Part shown: one piece after another, positions 1 through 14,200 of the stretch
Layout of the letters: every line of letters starts with the position of its first letter
Position numbering within the stretch: the stretch's first letter is position 1
NCBI GenBank assembly: GCA_965153455.1
Contig: OZ234493.1
Coordinates: 21,566,213-21,630,212 of the forward strand
Length of the DNA: 64,000 nt
Direction: 5' to 3'
From: Sphagnum compactum
Lineage: Eukaryota
The notes under the pieces: model-generated
The model's database searches: none
Told to the model about the DNA's origin: nothing
What the model saw: the letters and a program-made list of their open reading frames with translations, nothing else
Program-made: the position numbers and the translations under genes

Positions 1-1659
1 AATGATTTTAAATGTTATATATTATGTGCAACCAATGAATATATATTTAAATTTTTTTGAAAAGAAAAGTTCATTTGCTTTACTTAAGAAAGATTCATAA
101 AAAAATACATTTCAAAGTTTGGATGTGTAAGAAGATTTGAAATGATCATGTCTATAAGAATGTGTGGACAAATTTTATCATGACATGGAAGTGTGATGAG
201 TTGGTTTAGGATTGGGTTGTGGCCTTGAAGGTCTAAGGTTAGACTCCTATTTTTAACATTTTATATTGCAACCTGTTACATGCCTAAGGGACTATAAGCC
301 ACTAATGACCAATATGGTAGGTTGTAGGTACATACATTTGTAAATAGTAAGTAAATAAGTACTTGAATTGTAGGTAAATAAATATTGAAACTGTAGGTAG
401 GTACATGATCTACCTACATACAAACTACTATCTACTTACTTACCTATTACAACCTACCTACACCTATCTGCTACCTATCACAAAAAGACATTATTATCAA
501 AAATTATTCATAGAATGATCGATTTTTAGATTAAAAATATATATATATATATAACTTGTTGACCAAAAAAAAATAGATCCTCAAAATTTATTGCCTAAGT
601 TGACTAGTCAAATGATCCATTGCTCAAATAGTTCAAAACACCCACCAATCAAGAAATATTATACAAGAAAGATTCAAAAGACCTAAAAAAATAATATCAA
701 TATTATGAAATTGATTAGATGTCTATCCTAAAACTTGAATCAATGGGCTGTTGAAAGCTCCTACAATTTGCTTTGCCATGAATGAATGGAAGATCTAACT
801 AAAGAATACATTGTAGCACAAAATTCAAGAGCTATTGAAACTATCGAGCTTTGTGCATGTAAAGCGAAAAACTAGACTTCTATAGAAAACCTCAATGGGA
901 GGTTTTTCAAGATGAAAATGAATGTAAATTAATGTAAAAACTCCAAGAAAATGATGAGCTAGTGAGAGCCCCACAATCTACCATGTCATTGAATGAATAG
1001 AAGATCTATCTATTTGCTGTGCACCTTGCATGTAACATTCAAAGATCAAAAATCTCTCGTTGTATTAAACATATTATCCAACAATTATTTTGTGAGTTAC
1101 ATTGATTAATTGAAATTTGATACACAATATTATTAATTACAATCCAATGTCTGTCTTAGATTAATACGCATACAAATCTTTCATGTTTTATATTTGAAAT
1201 GAGTTCGTGGATTTACTTGTATGTAATTTATCATGTGTTGATGAAAGTTGGAGTGATGTCAGTTGTTCATGCTTTGCCAACCCAAGGATCTACATCCCAT
1301 ATGGTGCAATTGCTAACAACTTGGATGGACAAGTAGGATATGTATACATGTTTGTTGTCATCATTTAATACTGAATGGGCCACAACCTTCCTCTTCGTTT
1401 GTTTTTGTCATTGTTAAGAGATTTTGAGATTGCACCACCTAAAATCATTTAAACCAACAGAAAGCTAACAAGCCAAAATGATCTTGCAAAGCCAGATGTA
1501 CAAATTACAAAAACAATTACTAAACCCTAAAACATTCTGCAACCATTGGTATTGAAGTCATTGAGGTTCATAGTGTGTTGGATGTGTTCTAGAGATTGAG
1601 AGAAGCCCAAGGTGTTCTGATGAAATTTGTGTGAAGTTGATTTTTTGACTACTACTTAT

Positions 1660-4030
1660 GTGCCACTCCTACTTGTGGAGTTCAATGGCAATGTTGTTTT
1701 GAGCTACCACTGATATAACCATTTGTATCACCTAGTTCAATTCTTTCTACATGCCTTGCAATAAACCAAAATCTGAATAACTAGAGGATCATAAGAGAGG
1801 ACAATAGGAAGAATGCTCTGCAACAACTGCACACACATACTTCCACAAAACTTCAAACATCAGCTTTTCTCACAAAGTGGTTGAATAATGTTGTCATCAC
1901 TTCTTGCCATGCTGCCCATGCTTGGTAATTTTGTGGTCTTGGGCAGCAGATTGCTGGAAGACCAAAAGTTCAAGGTTTTGCATTACCATCACACAACCTT
2001 CTTGTTGCAAAAAACACTAGATTCTTGGCTACCATGCTATTGGGCATCATCCTCCACAACTAGGAAGCTATTGGCATGTTTCATATTGCAGTTTTGACAC
2101 GGCCTAATTTCTACATCCGATCAATATGTATTGGCTGCCATGCTATTAGGAGATCCTCCTCCATGACTAAGAAGCTGTTGGCATCTTTCATATAGGAGTC
2201 TTGATGTACCGCATAATTTCTGCATCTGGTCACTATGCATGAGAGACTTTCACCATGCCCACCACCACAATTTGTTAGTGTGATAATGGTAAGATTGGTG
2301 TCATACTTGCCAATATAGAGGATGCCTTCCTCTATGACCACCACATTTGACAACCCAAATTTATTGCAAAAGCAATAAATTGCTAATTTGCAAACCTGCT
2401 GACATCCTGGAGTATCTTGCTTCAATGTTGTCATTTGATGTGGTGTTTCCTTCCAATTCAATTACTTGTCCACTCAACATTAGAACCAAAAGACATGCCA
2501 AAGAACCAAAAGATCAGCCAAGAATAGAGACACAAAACCATGGATTGCACATATAAACATCTAAGAATGTGAGCATTACATGTCCCCTATGTACTGAAAA
2601 TGCAAGTTAGTACCTGGATTCCCCATATCTAATGCTTATAAAACATTGCTATAGAGTTCACAAAACAGGCGAAGCACACTCAGATGAGTAGAGGTGAAGC
2701 TCCAGGAAGAAGAAAACACACCACATGAGAGGCATGGATCTTCTAAATGCTGGTACAGTTAGATGTTGACAAGCCCATGGCAGTTGCAAACAAGTATCTG
2801 CAAAGTTTGCTTGTTCATGTCATTAGAGTGGAGTAGAGATTATCTCCAACAAATGGCAACTGATTGCAACACTAACTAGCCTATGCTATGTTATGAAGCT
2901 TGCATAATTATGCAACACCACGAGCATATCTTTGACTCATAGATCTGGACCATGTGGTCCAAAATGTGGCCATGTTAAACAACTCTCACAGGTTCACATC
3001 TTCCATTTCAACAAGCGGCATGTCTAGAACCTTAAGGGATCTTGATCTGTTTGACCAATTTAACACCCCTTCCTGCTGTACCTCTGATTCTGCACAGTTC
3101 AAAGTCCTCAAGTTTCTGGAAGCACTTGAAAACATACCAATACATTGTAAGTTATATACCTGAGATTGCTAAAGAAATCTCCACAATAACACTTTCAAGG
3201 TAGTTTTCTGTCACTTCTGGCCAAGGGAAAACAAAATAGGACAAGCATGTACCTTGTAAGTCCAAGAAAAGTCCTTCACTTCAACTCCAAAGCTGTGCAA
3301 TTGCTTGTCTCCACCAGACAAAGAGCTTGAACACATTTTGTCTATTGGTTGCAGAAAGGCTTGTGTACCTGGAAGCTGTGGCAATGCTCTCATACGCAGA
3401 CTCTCTCCATGCCTTGAATCGTGATTTCAATGCCATCATTTGTGATCGACATGAATTATTTCGAAGACCGCCACAACATAGAGGGTGAGTACGTTCTTGC
3501 AATTCGGAGCAAGAGAGAGATAGGTGCAAACCATTGTGAGGGGCGGGTGAGGTCATGCACGCAATTCGGTAACAACAATTACTCAAGCGTTGTTGCCTCA
3601 TCACTAACCAATAAGTACCATAAGAGCTTTTTAAGGAACAGTCAAATTATTTTTTGCAAGTGCATGTGTGAGAGAGACAGAAGCTCATAACCAAAAGGTT
3701 CACATTCCCAGGGAGAGAGGAGAACACTTGACATAGAGGTCATATTTATGAGAAGTAAAGCAAAGAGACACAGAGAGAGTAAAGGAATTACATCATTGTG
3801 GGCATGTTGTAGAAGATAAGGACTATGCTCTTGTGCAAAACCTGGTTTGTGTACTTGTGTGATGACTCTATATCTTCTACACCCCTTATGCACTTCTCCA
3901 TTCCTCACTGCAAATTCCAATTTCTGATCTCTCCTTGCCAATATACCTCCCACGCCATTCTCCAAGCCACCGAAAGCTCGATCGTTCAGAAACCAAGGAA
4001 GTAAATCGGCGAAGCAAAAGTTCTCCATGG
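1660..4030 (-). pseudogene. Degraded LRR (RNI-like / F-box-LRR type) gene
   Basis: Minus-strand fragments in shifting frames give LRR-like units: EEGILYIGKYDTNLTIITLTNC..ESLSCIVTRCRN, LVSVAISCHLLE, KQTLQILVCNCHGL, SLKVLDMPLVEMED, SITNDGIEITIQ. Many stops and frameshifts; boundaries approximate. Confidence 0.55.
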
Positions 4031-4072
4031 GTCGTCTCGTCGTCCGCTCAAGGTTTGGGAACAGCTCAGGCG

Positions 4073-4149
4073 ACGTGGCCTCATTACAGAGCTGTGATTA
4101 TCATGAGAACGTCTTAAAGAACGGTCGGGAGCATCCGAGGCAACGTGGC
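4073..4149 (+). promoter_or_regulatory. Two ABRE-like ACGTGGC motifs upstream of gluconokinase
   Basis: ACGTGGCCTCA starts at both 4073 and 4143, about 190-260 bp upstream of the ATG at 4333. Confidence 0.4.
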
Positions 4150-4332
4150 CTCAGCACACAAAGCTTCCTCGTCAACGAGAGAGTGAGACCTTTCGACTAC
4201 CAATTCTGGCAGCTTCACCTCCCTCTTGTGATCCACAGAGAGAGAGAGAGAGATTTTGTAGGCACAGAGGAGGAGAAAGAGACGCTACAGGGAAGAAGAA
4301 GAAGAAGAAGAAGAAGAAGTATCGAATGAAAG

Positions 4333-5917
4333 ATGGGAAGATGTTTGGCCATTATCATCATGGGTGTTTCGGGAGCTGGCAAGTCGTAAGCTTTTTTGTT
4401 TCTCTCTTCCCGAAAATTATTGCTTTTGGTTCTTGCACTTTGTGATGAAGAAGAAGAAGAAGAAGAAGAAGAAGCATGAAAATCATCATTCTTGTTCTTT
4501 GTGAAGAAGAAAAAGCACGATAATCACAGTTCTTGCACTTTGTGAAGAAGAACGTGATCATGTATCCCAAAATTTTGCCCTAAAATCACACATACACATG
4601 TTGATGATCATGGGGGTTTGGCAGATTGTGTGTTGCTCTATCAAATTGCTCTCACTTTGGTTTTTACAAATACCTGGACGATGCAACAATTTTCTGGAAC
4701 TCTCGCTCAATTTTTTTTTTGGGTTGTTAATTGATTGATGCAGTACCGTTGGAGAACTCCTTGCTGCTGCATTGTGCTGCCCTTTCTATGATGCAGATTC
4801 CTATCATTCTGAGGAGAATAAAGGTTGGTTCACTATCTTCAGAATGTTATTACCATTGTGCTTGTAGCTCCTTGTTGAATTGGAAAGCTTGCTTGGATGG
4901 TAGCACAAAGGTTTTCTCGGCATCTCTCTGATGTTTTTGTGTTGAGGAGATTGCATCTCTGGGTAGTTGTCATGACAGATTTTGCTCATTCAAGTGGTGC
5001 ACTAACTCCAGAATGTTATTATCATTGTGATTGTAGCTCCATGTTGAATTCGAGATCATGCTTGGATAGTAGCACTCAGGTTTTCTTGGCATATCTGTGA
5101 TGTTTAGTGTTGAGGATATTGCATCTCTGGCCATTTGTTGTGGCAGATTTTGCTTATTCAACTGAATTGCATGCACAGTTTTTCACAGCACTATGTCTCC
5201 TGAGTGCTAGCTGACATAATGACTGACTCTTCTTCTGCAATTGAGCCAATGGCTATCTTTGACATGTTCTTGTGGAGTTTTCTCTGCAATCTCATAGATA
5301 TGTTGTTGTGGTGAAGATCTCTAGGTTTGCTTGAAGAGTATATCATTTTGCAGTGCTTGTATTGCCTCAGATTTGATTTGAGGTTTGATTGCAAAGCAAG
5401 AGAACTCTTTTTTTTTGTACAGCTTGACAGTAATGCCTTGTTGCTGCTTCCAGAGAAGATGAGGAGTGGGGTTCCTCTAACAGATGAAGACCGCATGCCA
5501 TGGTTGACCAGACTGAGGGATTTGCTGGTTGACCAACTTCTGAAAGGAACTTGTGTTGTATTGGCGTGCTCTGCATTGTGCCCCAAGTATCGAGACATTC
5601 TTCGAAGTGCAGGTTCTCAATTCACTTCCCATAGGTTGAAGAATGGGATGTACAATAACTTGACCACAACTGTGCAAGCAGGAGATTCATCATGTTCACC
5701 CATAGTTTTTGTGCATCTAAAGGCCACAGCACAGCTTCTTGCTACCCATTTGATGGCAAGAGAGAAAACAGGAACACATTTTATGCCTGCTGTTCTTTTG
5801 CAATCACAAATTGACTCTCTCGAGATTGGAAGCAGCGAGACAGATATCCTAGAAACAGATGCTAGCTTGGCTCCTGCAACAATTGTACTAAACATTCAAG
5901 CACAGTTGCCCATTTAA
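4333..5917 (+). CDS. Gluconokinase (GntK/IdnK family); exons 4333-4385, 4744-4823, 5454-5917
   Basis: Spliced GT-AG model reads MGRCLAIIIMGVSGAGKS (P-loop) / TVGELLAAAL..YDADSYHSEENK / EKMRSGVPLTDEDRMPWL..VLACSAL..HFMPAVLLQSQ, all gluconokinase motifs. Intron phases are compatible. Confidence 0.93.
4840..5163 (+). repeat. Tandem duplication (~169 bp unit) in gluconokinase intron 2
   Basis: cagaatgttattaccattgtgcttgtagctcc... at ~4840 recurs as cagaatgttattatcattgtgattgtagctcc... at ~5009. Confidence 0.85.
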
Positions 5918-6779
5918 AAGGATGTACTTAAAGCTCTGCAGGATTGCAGTTGGATTGCTTGTCAGGCATTAATTCTTCAAATTATTGGCCCCAAATCCTC
6001 AAAAGAAGCACACTCAAAAGGCCAAGAAATTTCTGGAAGATGTTTTGCAGCCGTTTCTAGGGTTGCAAAAATCTGCTAGAAACACACACACAGAGACAAG
6101 CTACTGCATCATGCTCAGAGTTTGAGGCAGGTTGAAATATATCTGCCGTGCTTTTTTCTGTGTTCTGATTCTTGTGTCTGTCATCCCAGGGTCGTTGTGT
6201 GCCTAAGACAGTGCCCAGTTTAGCTCGTTGATTCTGTACACCAAAACAATATTCAATCAAGCACATTCTTACTGCACAATCTTATAGCACACATGACACA
6301 AGGAAGCTTGCTCCACCTATCGCCTCTTGATGATGTAATCTCGAACTTCCGACTCGTGTAGGATTCTTCAGGCAGGTAAGGGAGCTGAAAATACAAAGGA
6401 AAAATCCAGGCAGTGCTTTACGTTCAGGAAAGGATCGCTACTTACAGTTTCCGCAAACCTTACTTGAGTTTGCCCAGAAGTACTCACGATTCCTGGAAAA
6501 GTGCCGTAACGGACGAGAAATTCCAGTCGTGGATGGGAATCGTGGGTAGGAACCGTGCACAAATGCAGTTCGTTCGGCGTTATCGTCGTCTGCCCCTTTC
6601 GCTTCTTCTCTCTCATTTCTTTGCTTTGATGCACGACGAAGGTTTCGAAGTTTAGCAGCAGCTGCGGCATCATCGGCGACAACCGACTTGCATTTCAAAC
6701 TTCTTTAGGGATGCGGAAACAGCAACAAGTACGTGGGTGCAAGAGTGGTGGCAGCAAGAGCTTCTGAGGTTAGTGGAAC

Positions 6780-9700
6780 ATGGCACTGAAGATTGGTCTG
6801 ACAGAAAACACCTTCGTAAGCTCTAAACCTGGATGGTTCTTCTTGCCTTCGTATTCCCTTCTCTTCTCCTCCTCCTCCTCCAGCTCTTCATTCCTTTCTC
6901 TCTGCGTGTTCCCCTCGCACACACTCTTCAAGCCTCTGAGGCTCAAGTCCTCCTCCTCAGCGGGTTCTGGAAAGAGGACTCGGGTTTGCGTCCGCGTCCG
7001 GTCGAGGTATGTGGCAGAGGACACCGGAGGGGGGGAGGAGGAGGAGGAGGATGATGATGATCCCTGGAGGGGTGCGAAGTGGGAACGGCAAGAGACAGCC
7101 TCCAGTGAAGGTGGCTTTGGGAGTTCAAGCCGGAGAGATGACGATGGTGAATTCGAGGAGTATGCTCCGGGATCAATTACAAGACGGACCTCCGTAGATA
7201 GGTATGACAGGAGTCGATTCTCTGGCAGGGTCACAAGGACGGATGATGAAGATGTGGGGTTTAACCGAAGTCGATTTTCTGGAGGTGTCGTCGGGAGGAA
7301 TGACGATGAAGGCGGAGAGCCGGACGCAAGCTCAATGCAGAATCGGAAGGAGGTTTTGTGGTGGAGGGAAGACAATGGAGGAGGAGACGGAGAGTTTGGA
7401 TTGGGGTCAGAGAAAGGAGAGTTAGGAAGAAGCCGGAGGTTTCTTCCCAACTCTGACAACAGACCGGAACCGAGAGTTCCATGGGGCCCATCATTAAGAG
7501 GATCGACGACGGCGTCTTCTGGACAGGAAAGCAATCCTGCTTCCAGGTATGTTTCTAGGTCAATTGGCTCACGCTCAGTCCCATCCAGACCTTCAATTCC
7601 AGGAAAGTTTTCAAAGTATTCCGAACGCAATGTGCAAAAGAACAATAATAGCTCCTGGTCCTCCCCTCCTCCTCCTCCTCCTCCTCCTCCTCCTCCTCCT
7701 CCTATGCCTCAGTCCTTGCAGCCATTGAGCTCCTCAGCTTCTCCAAATGCCTTCCCTACAGCTACACGAACCTTTGAATTTACAGAAGAGGAAGAAGCAG
7801 AGAGGAGAAAATATTTTGAAGAGGCAAGGATGGATCGGGAAGCCATCAGGGGACGGCAGAGATCAAAAGAGAAGAAGCCCAAGAAAACCAAGAATCGCCA
7901 TGTAATTCCTTCCAGACCTGTTCCAGGTCCAATGCCAGACTTTGATTACCAATTCAGCTACTCAGAAACCCCAAAAATAGAACCAATAGGGTTTCGAGAA
8001 CCGCAGTTCTCACCATTTGGTCCAAGCACAATGCCCAGACCTTGGACAGGCAAAGCACCATTGCCTGGGAGCAAGAAGAAGCTGCCTGAGTTTGATTCTT
8101 TCAAGCCACCTCCACCAAATAAAAAAGGTGTGAAGCATGTGCAACCACCTGGACCATATCCAGAGGGTGAAGGTCCTCAAGAGGCCATGTCAAGAGAGGA
8201 AATTCTTGGTGAGCCACTGACGAAGGAAGAAATTAATGATGCCATAGAGCGTGTTAACAAAGAGAACCGTCAGCTCAATCTAGGTACCTCTCTTCACCTC
8301 TTGCCCTTCGCATTTTTTGCAGATGTTTAGAATTGAGAGGAAATGTGGAGGGACACAGCCTAATGCATTTCATTTCATTCTTATGATGTAGGAAGGGATG
8401 GATTGACACACAATATGCTGGATCTGATTCACCAACACTGGAAGCGACGACGTGTTTGCAAGATCAAGTGTAAAGGTGTTCCCACTGTTGACATGGACAA
8501 TGTGTGCAATAAGCTTGAGGTTTTCATCTTCTCTTTTCCATCTGTCTTTTGTGTCAAAGTGGGGATGGGGTTTAGGACCAAGGCATGGGAATGAAAGCCC
8601 TGTGAACACAATTGTTCTCTGGCAAGGTGCTTTATTTATATTGGTTTCTAAGATTGTTGAGGTGAATTGATGTAAACACAGGAGAAGACAGGTGGGGTAA
8701 TAATCCACAGGGCTGGAGGTGTAGTGTATTTATTTCGGGGGCGGAATTACAATTACAAGAACCGACCTCACATCAGGCTTATGTTGTGGAAGCCTCCAGC
8801 TCCTATCTACCCCAAGCTTGTAGTGCCTGCTCCGGGAGGCCTAACAAAAGAAGAAGCAGACAAATTGCGTCTTCTTGGACGAAAGCTTCCAGCCATTCGT
8901 AAATTGGGTAAGTATGACACAAGCAGTTTGCATACACTGCAAAAGTGCTATAGAAGGATCTTGAATCCAACTTTGAATCTTGTTTGTGATATTCATGAAA
9001 GGATGTTGGGTTGCAGCGAAGAATGGTGTGTACTTGACCCTTGTGAAGGAGGTGAAAGAAGCTTTTGAGGTTGATGAGCTCGTCAAGGTGGACTGCCAGG
9101 GCCTAAATCCCAGTGATTACAAAAAGATTGGTGCCAAGCTCAAGGTTTCATTCCATCCAGCCTATCATCTCTGGTCATCATTTGTGATGTGTTTAGATAT
9201 CAGATGCTGAATGCTCTAACACTTTGGGTTGTCTATGGGTCTTGTCAGGATTTGGTGCCATGTGTGCTTCTGTCATTTGAGCGAGAGAGCATTTTGATGT
9301 GGAGAGGGCGTGATTTGCAGCCTGAAAGCTCCGAAGAGGATGGATCTAGTTCTTCTACTGAGGCTGCAGCAGATGAAGGGTTATTGCCTGAAGGGGGCAC
9401 TCTGCTGAAGGAAGCTGGTTCTGTAGTTGAGGAACAAAGCAACTATAAGGAGGAAGGTGGAGTGGCAGAGGGAGATGACAAGTTGCTTGCTGATGATGAG
9501 GATGGAGAGGCAGATCAAGAAGTGGCTGCCATGCAGCATGGTTCTGATTCACATGGGTCTACACTTGAAGCTGAGAGCAATGACAAAGACCATGAGCGAG
9601 AAAAAGCTAAAATGTCTTATACAGATGAGGACGACATTCCAGATGAAGAACTTGTAGTAGGAAGCCATACAGCAGAAAATCAACTACTTTTTGAAGAAGC

Positions 9701-10091
9701 AAGGGAGCCTGAGTTAGATGAGGTTAGGGTGGTTTCTGGTAACAATTCAGTTGTGGAAAATGGAATACTTGAAGAGGCTGCAAGGGACTCTGGGTTAGAT
9801 GAGGTTGATCTTCTATGGGGTCAAGCAGTTGACTCAGGAGATGCAGTTATACTGGATGATACTGAGTTGGATCCCGACACTGTTTTTGAAAAAGTGAAGG
9901 TTTTAGCCCAAAGTAGTGAGAAGGCTTCAGAAGGGGAGGTTGCACCAGCAACTGACCCAAGCAGGAATGGTTTGAAGAAGGAAAAGCCCAAAAAGGGTGA
10001 AGTAGGGAAGAGATTAGAATCTTATGAGGTTCTTCCAGAACCCACAGACTTGTTGAGAGTTGATGAATTGGCCAAGCTTTTGGCTCCATGA
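6780..10091 (+). CDS. CAF1: CRS2-associated factor (CAF1/CAF2-like), two-CRM-domain plastid group II intron splicing factor; exons 6780-8283, 8392-8519, 8682-8907, 9017-9144, 9249-10091
   Basis: Ser-rich transit-peptide-like N-terminus; [99 protein letters not shown] introns in phase. CAF1 versus CAF2 not resolved. Confidence 0.92.
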
Positions 10092-11299
10092 ATGATATTT
10101 GCAACATCTGTCAATCTTTTGTTGTCATGCAGGACGGTGCCCAATAGGAAGAGGATGGTTCAGTTGCATTCCAGGTTTCACTGTTGCATTCTCTCTATTC
10201 TCTTCTTTGTTTTCCCTGGCCATGAAACTTGTCTACCCTCTCAGAGATGCAATTGAGAGGCTGGACAACTGACACATTGTGCTTAACATCCACTTCTCAA
10301 GTAGATGGCTTTTAATGAATTAGGTCTCTAGATTCTTTGGAGTGAGGGACTCTCACTTTTGTTTTTATTGCTTGTTTTATTGTTTATTTGTTGTAGTTCT
10401 TGCCTTCTGTGTTGTTCCTTCGTCCCAGTTCTTGAAGTCTTTCTTTAAATGGAAAGGAAAATTTTATAACATTTTTCTGGTTTTTTAAATTGTGAGTATG
10501 AGATTTCTTGATTCTCATGAGTTATTTCTTTGGATGAAAGAGGTTACTGCATTCTTTGTTTCTGGAGGAGAGTTGGATCCCTGGTGTATTCTCATGAGTA
10601 GGCAATGCTCAATCTCATGTCTCTATGGAATGCAGAGTATTCTTATAAAGCTACAAACACTCTAAAAATTGTGTCATGGTTAAACCAGTAAACACCTATG
10701 AATGTTCAGACTTGCACTAGTTTGTCGAGAGATAGGTGACCTCTCAATTGACATGGCAACATTATCACTTATTCAAATTTCTAGAGGTAATTTCAAGAGG
10801 TAATGTTTATGTTACGAAAATGGCACGATAACCAGAATGTTTGTAATATGAAGATTTTGATGTTTAACATTGTTATTAACTATTGTCTCCAAATCCAAAT
10901 TGATAGCTCATTGATTTTTGCCATCACCTCACATTCTGCTATTGCCTCTTTGTTGAAAGTAAATGCTTTATATATATTTGAGGAACTCTCACCCCATTCA
11001 TAGAAGACACAAAAATCAGGTTCTGTTTCAACCCTTGAGCTCCTTTCATTCATTCTAAGTAGACATTTTTTTTCACCTACAAATCTAAAGAGTCTTTCTT
11101 AGAAGACACAAATCTATTCAACTATTGACTATACAAATCTCCCCCCCATTAAACTATTTGTGTAGCTCTAATTGATCTAAACATATCTTAATATTCTCAC
11201 TACATATCATAATACTCTCACTGCATTGATTCGTTATGTAAAAGTCTTCTGTTGTAGACTCTTCAATTTTGTTGCTGCCCAACACCAATAACGTTTCTC

Positions 11300-14200
11300 C
11301 ATTAACAATCCTTTGGAGAAAATTTTCATTTTCATCTTTCAGATCAAACAATATTGTAACTTCACTTCATTAGATGCTACCTTTTCCTTGACAAAACAAC
11401 AATGTATTTCAATGTGTTTAGTAGTGCATGACATTAGGGTTAAATGTAAGTGCAATTTCACTTTGATTATCAAAATAAACAATTTTGTGTTCTACTGAAG
11501 TTTCTCCCAAGTGTATAAGTAGTGTTCAAAGCCAATTTGTTTCTTTCATTGTATGTGTTGTTACCATGTATTCAACTCTTGTGCTTGAAAGAATAATTGT
11601 GTTTTGCCTCTTGTTGCTCCAATTTATTGCTCCATATGACAATTTAAAATATTGTCCAATAATAGATCTTTTATCATTTGCATCTCCTACCCAATTATAA
11701 TATGTATAACCAACAAGTTGAATATGACTTTCTCTAAATGGACTACTTTGATATGCGATCTTTTACATTGTTAAAGCTCCATTTCACAAGTATCAAGTGT
11801 TGTTTATTGAGTTTTGAAAGATGTTGAGAGAACTCCAATTGCAAAACTAATGTTTGGGCTTTGTGCTTACCATGACCTACATGTTTAGTTGCCCAAAGTT
11901 GATTCATAAGGCATGTGTTTCATGTTTGTTTCTTCTAGGGTTGTTTGTTGTTCATTTGAACTTGTAAGCTTTCCCCAACCTGAATTGGAGTACGTATTAA
12001 GTTAATTTTTTTCATATGGAATTACTTTAATACTTTAGTAAGATTTGTGTGTTGATGCAAAAATGTATTGTCATGGTTGTCTTGTTTTGTTAAATTTGGA
12101 TAGGAAGACAATATTGTAATGGTCCCATATCAACCATCTCAAATTCTTTAGACAAATATTGTTTTGTTTGTTGCAATATTGACAAGTTATTGGGTGCAAT
12201 CACAATCAAACAAGCCAAAATCATGTCGGATGACTGAAAAACTATCAATTTGGTCAAATATATTTATCTAATGTCATTTAAATGTCATGTTGATCAAGGA
12301 AATTTGTGTTAAATGATTTATAAGTGTTGAAGATTTTTTTAATTATTTAATTTAATAAATTGAATTTTGATTTTAGTAAAGGACTTTTGAACTTTAACAC
12401 CAAAAAATCAGTTTTATAAAGCACTAGGTTAAATACTCTTTTAATAATAAAAAATTGATGAGAATTTTTTTGAAATGATGATAACCTACCATCCATGTAC
12501 AAAAAACATTCATAATTTAAAAATTGTGGTACTTGAAATCTTTAGAATTTCAAAATATAATTTCAAAATGTTCAAATTTCAAGAATTTGTTGTTAGGTGT
12601 AAATGAGTCATAATGTGTATGACATAGGAACAAAGTTGTGGCTTATGACACAAAAGAAATGAAGCTTAAAATAATTATCATATTTTAGCATGATTTGAAA
12701 TTATGATCATTTTTCAAAACGAAATATAAAATCTAGTAAAATTTGTGCATTTTTAAACAATTCATATTTATTTTAGAAGAGTTAACACAACTATTATAAT
12801 TTATTGGGGAAATTGTAAATATTTTAAAAAACTTGTTGCAAAAAAAAAATTTCAAAAAAATCTCTCTATGAAAAAGTCAAAATGTTCACAAAGGGCACAT
12901 TTGTGGTTGAGTCTTTTGTTACCGTTGGCTCATTTGAATGTGATTGCACCCTATTATTTATGATGATGTCATCATCAATATATGTAAGGGTGGAATCACA
13001 CACGCCTCTTTAAACTTGATTTCAACATTTGTGTCAACATTTTTTTCTATCTTTCAATAGATAGAAGATTATCTACTAGTACCATGTTTCAAGGATTGGT
13101 ATAAATTGTAGAAGGCATCTTCGAATTTGCAAACCAAATGTTTTGTACCTAACTTGATATATCCCTTTGGTTGTATGATACCCTCTTCTAAATACCCATT
13201 TAAAAACACAAGTTTTATATTCATTTGATGCAAAGTTAAGTTTTCTCTCTACTACCATTCCCATTAAAATTCAAGTGTTCATGTTATTTTGATCACATGT
13301 GAAAATGTTTTTTATAATCTACACTTGTTATTTGACAACATCCTTTGTAGTGATCTATAGAGTCATCAAATTTTAATTTCACTTTACATAATGATTTGCA
13401 TCCAATCACATATAACCTACCAACTAGTAATGTGGTAAGTATCCATGTTTTCTTCTTCTTTAAAGATTTATGTTTTTCCATTAAACTAGTTCTTTCCATT
13501 CATTTGCATCTAGTTTGTTTACAATACATGTTCATTCCCTTCCTAACAAGGTTTTTGATTAGTGTATATAATCAATATATTTTTGTCCAAAACATTTTGC
13601 TCAACTTGGATTGTTATAACATGTTTCTTGCACTTTTTTTATTAAAGTTCAATATATATGTTTTGCAACTTTATTTTGCTTAAAAATATGTCAAATGGTC
13701 AATATTTTAACACAATTCCATTTTCCTTGCAAAACGAATTTAAAACATTTGAAGTATATTCATCACCATTATTGCAACAAATTTAACATTTTGTTTATTT
13801 GTCTTTCTACCATAAATTAATATTTAAAAAATGTTGCAATAATGGGATTTTTAAAATTTTTAGAGATTAAACAACTTTCATTTTGTTATAATCAACTATG
13901 AAAGTCAAAAAGTACTTAGTTTTGTCAATTAACATTGTTTGCATTGGATCACATAAATTTGAATCTATTAACTCCAATAGGTTTTTCACTCTTGTGCCTC
14001 CTTACTTTAGGAACTTGTTTGTGTGTTGTTTCTTTGAAAACAACTAGTATAAAATGGTAGATTGTTTAAGTTCTTAAAGTCTAAACCATGAAATAAATTT
14101 TCTTTGTATAATTATTTAAAGCCAACCATCCCCAGGTGACCAAATGTACAATGCATTTGCAAACTTATCTACTTGATTGTTATTGTGCAAATAGATAGAT

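Noticed and set aside
190-250. tRNA-His-like stretch (GTTGTGGCC loop, degenerate A and B boxes)
   Set aside because: Stems do not pair into a cloverleaf and the T-loop is degenerate; at most a SINE-like relic.
6770-7645. 291-aa minus-strand ORF
   Set aside because: Antisense shadow of GC-rich CAF exon 1; no recognisable domain.
11130-11155. Possible Copia polypurine tract and 3' LTR start (minus strand GGGGGGAGATTTGT)
   Set aside because: No matching 5' LTR could be found by eye.
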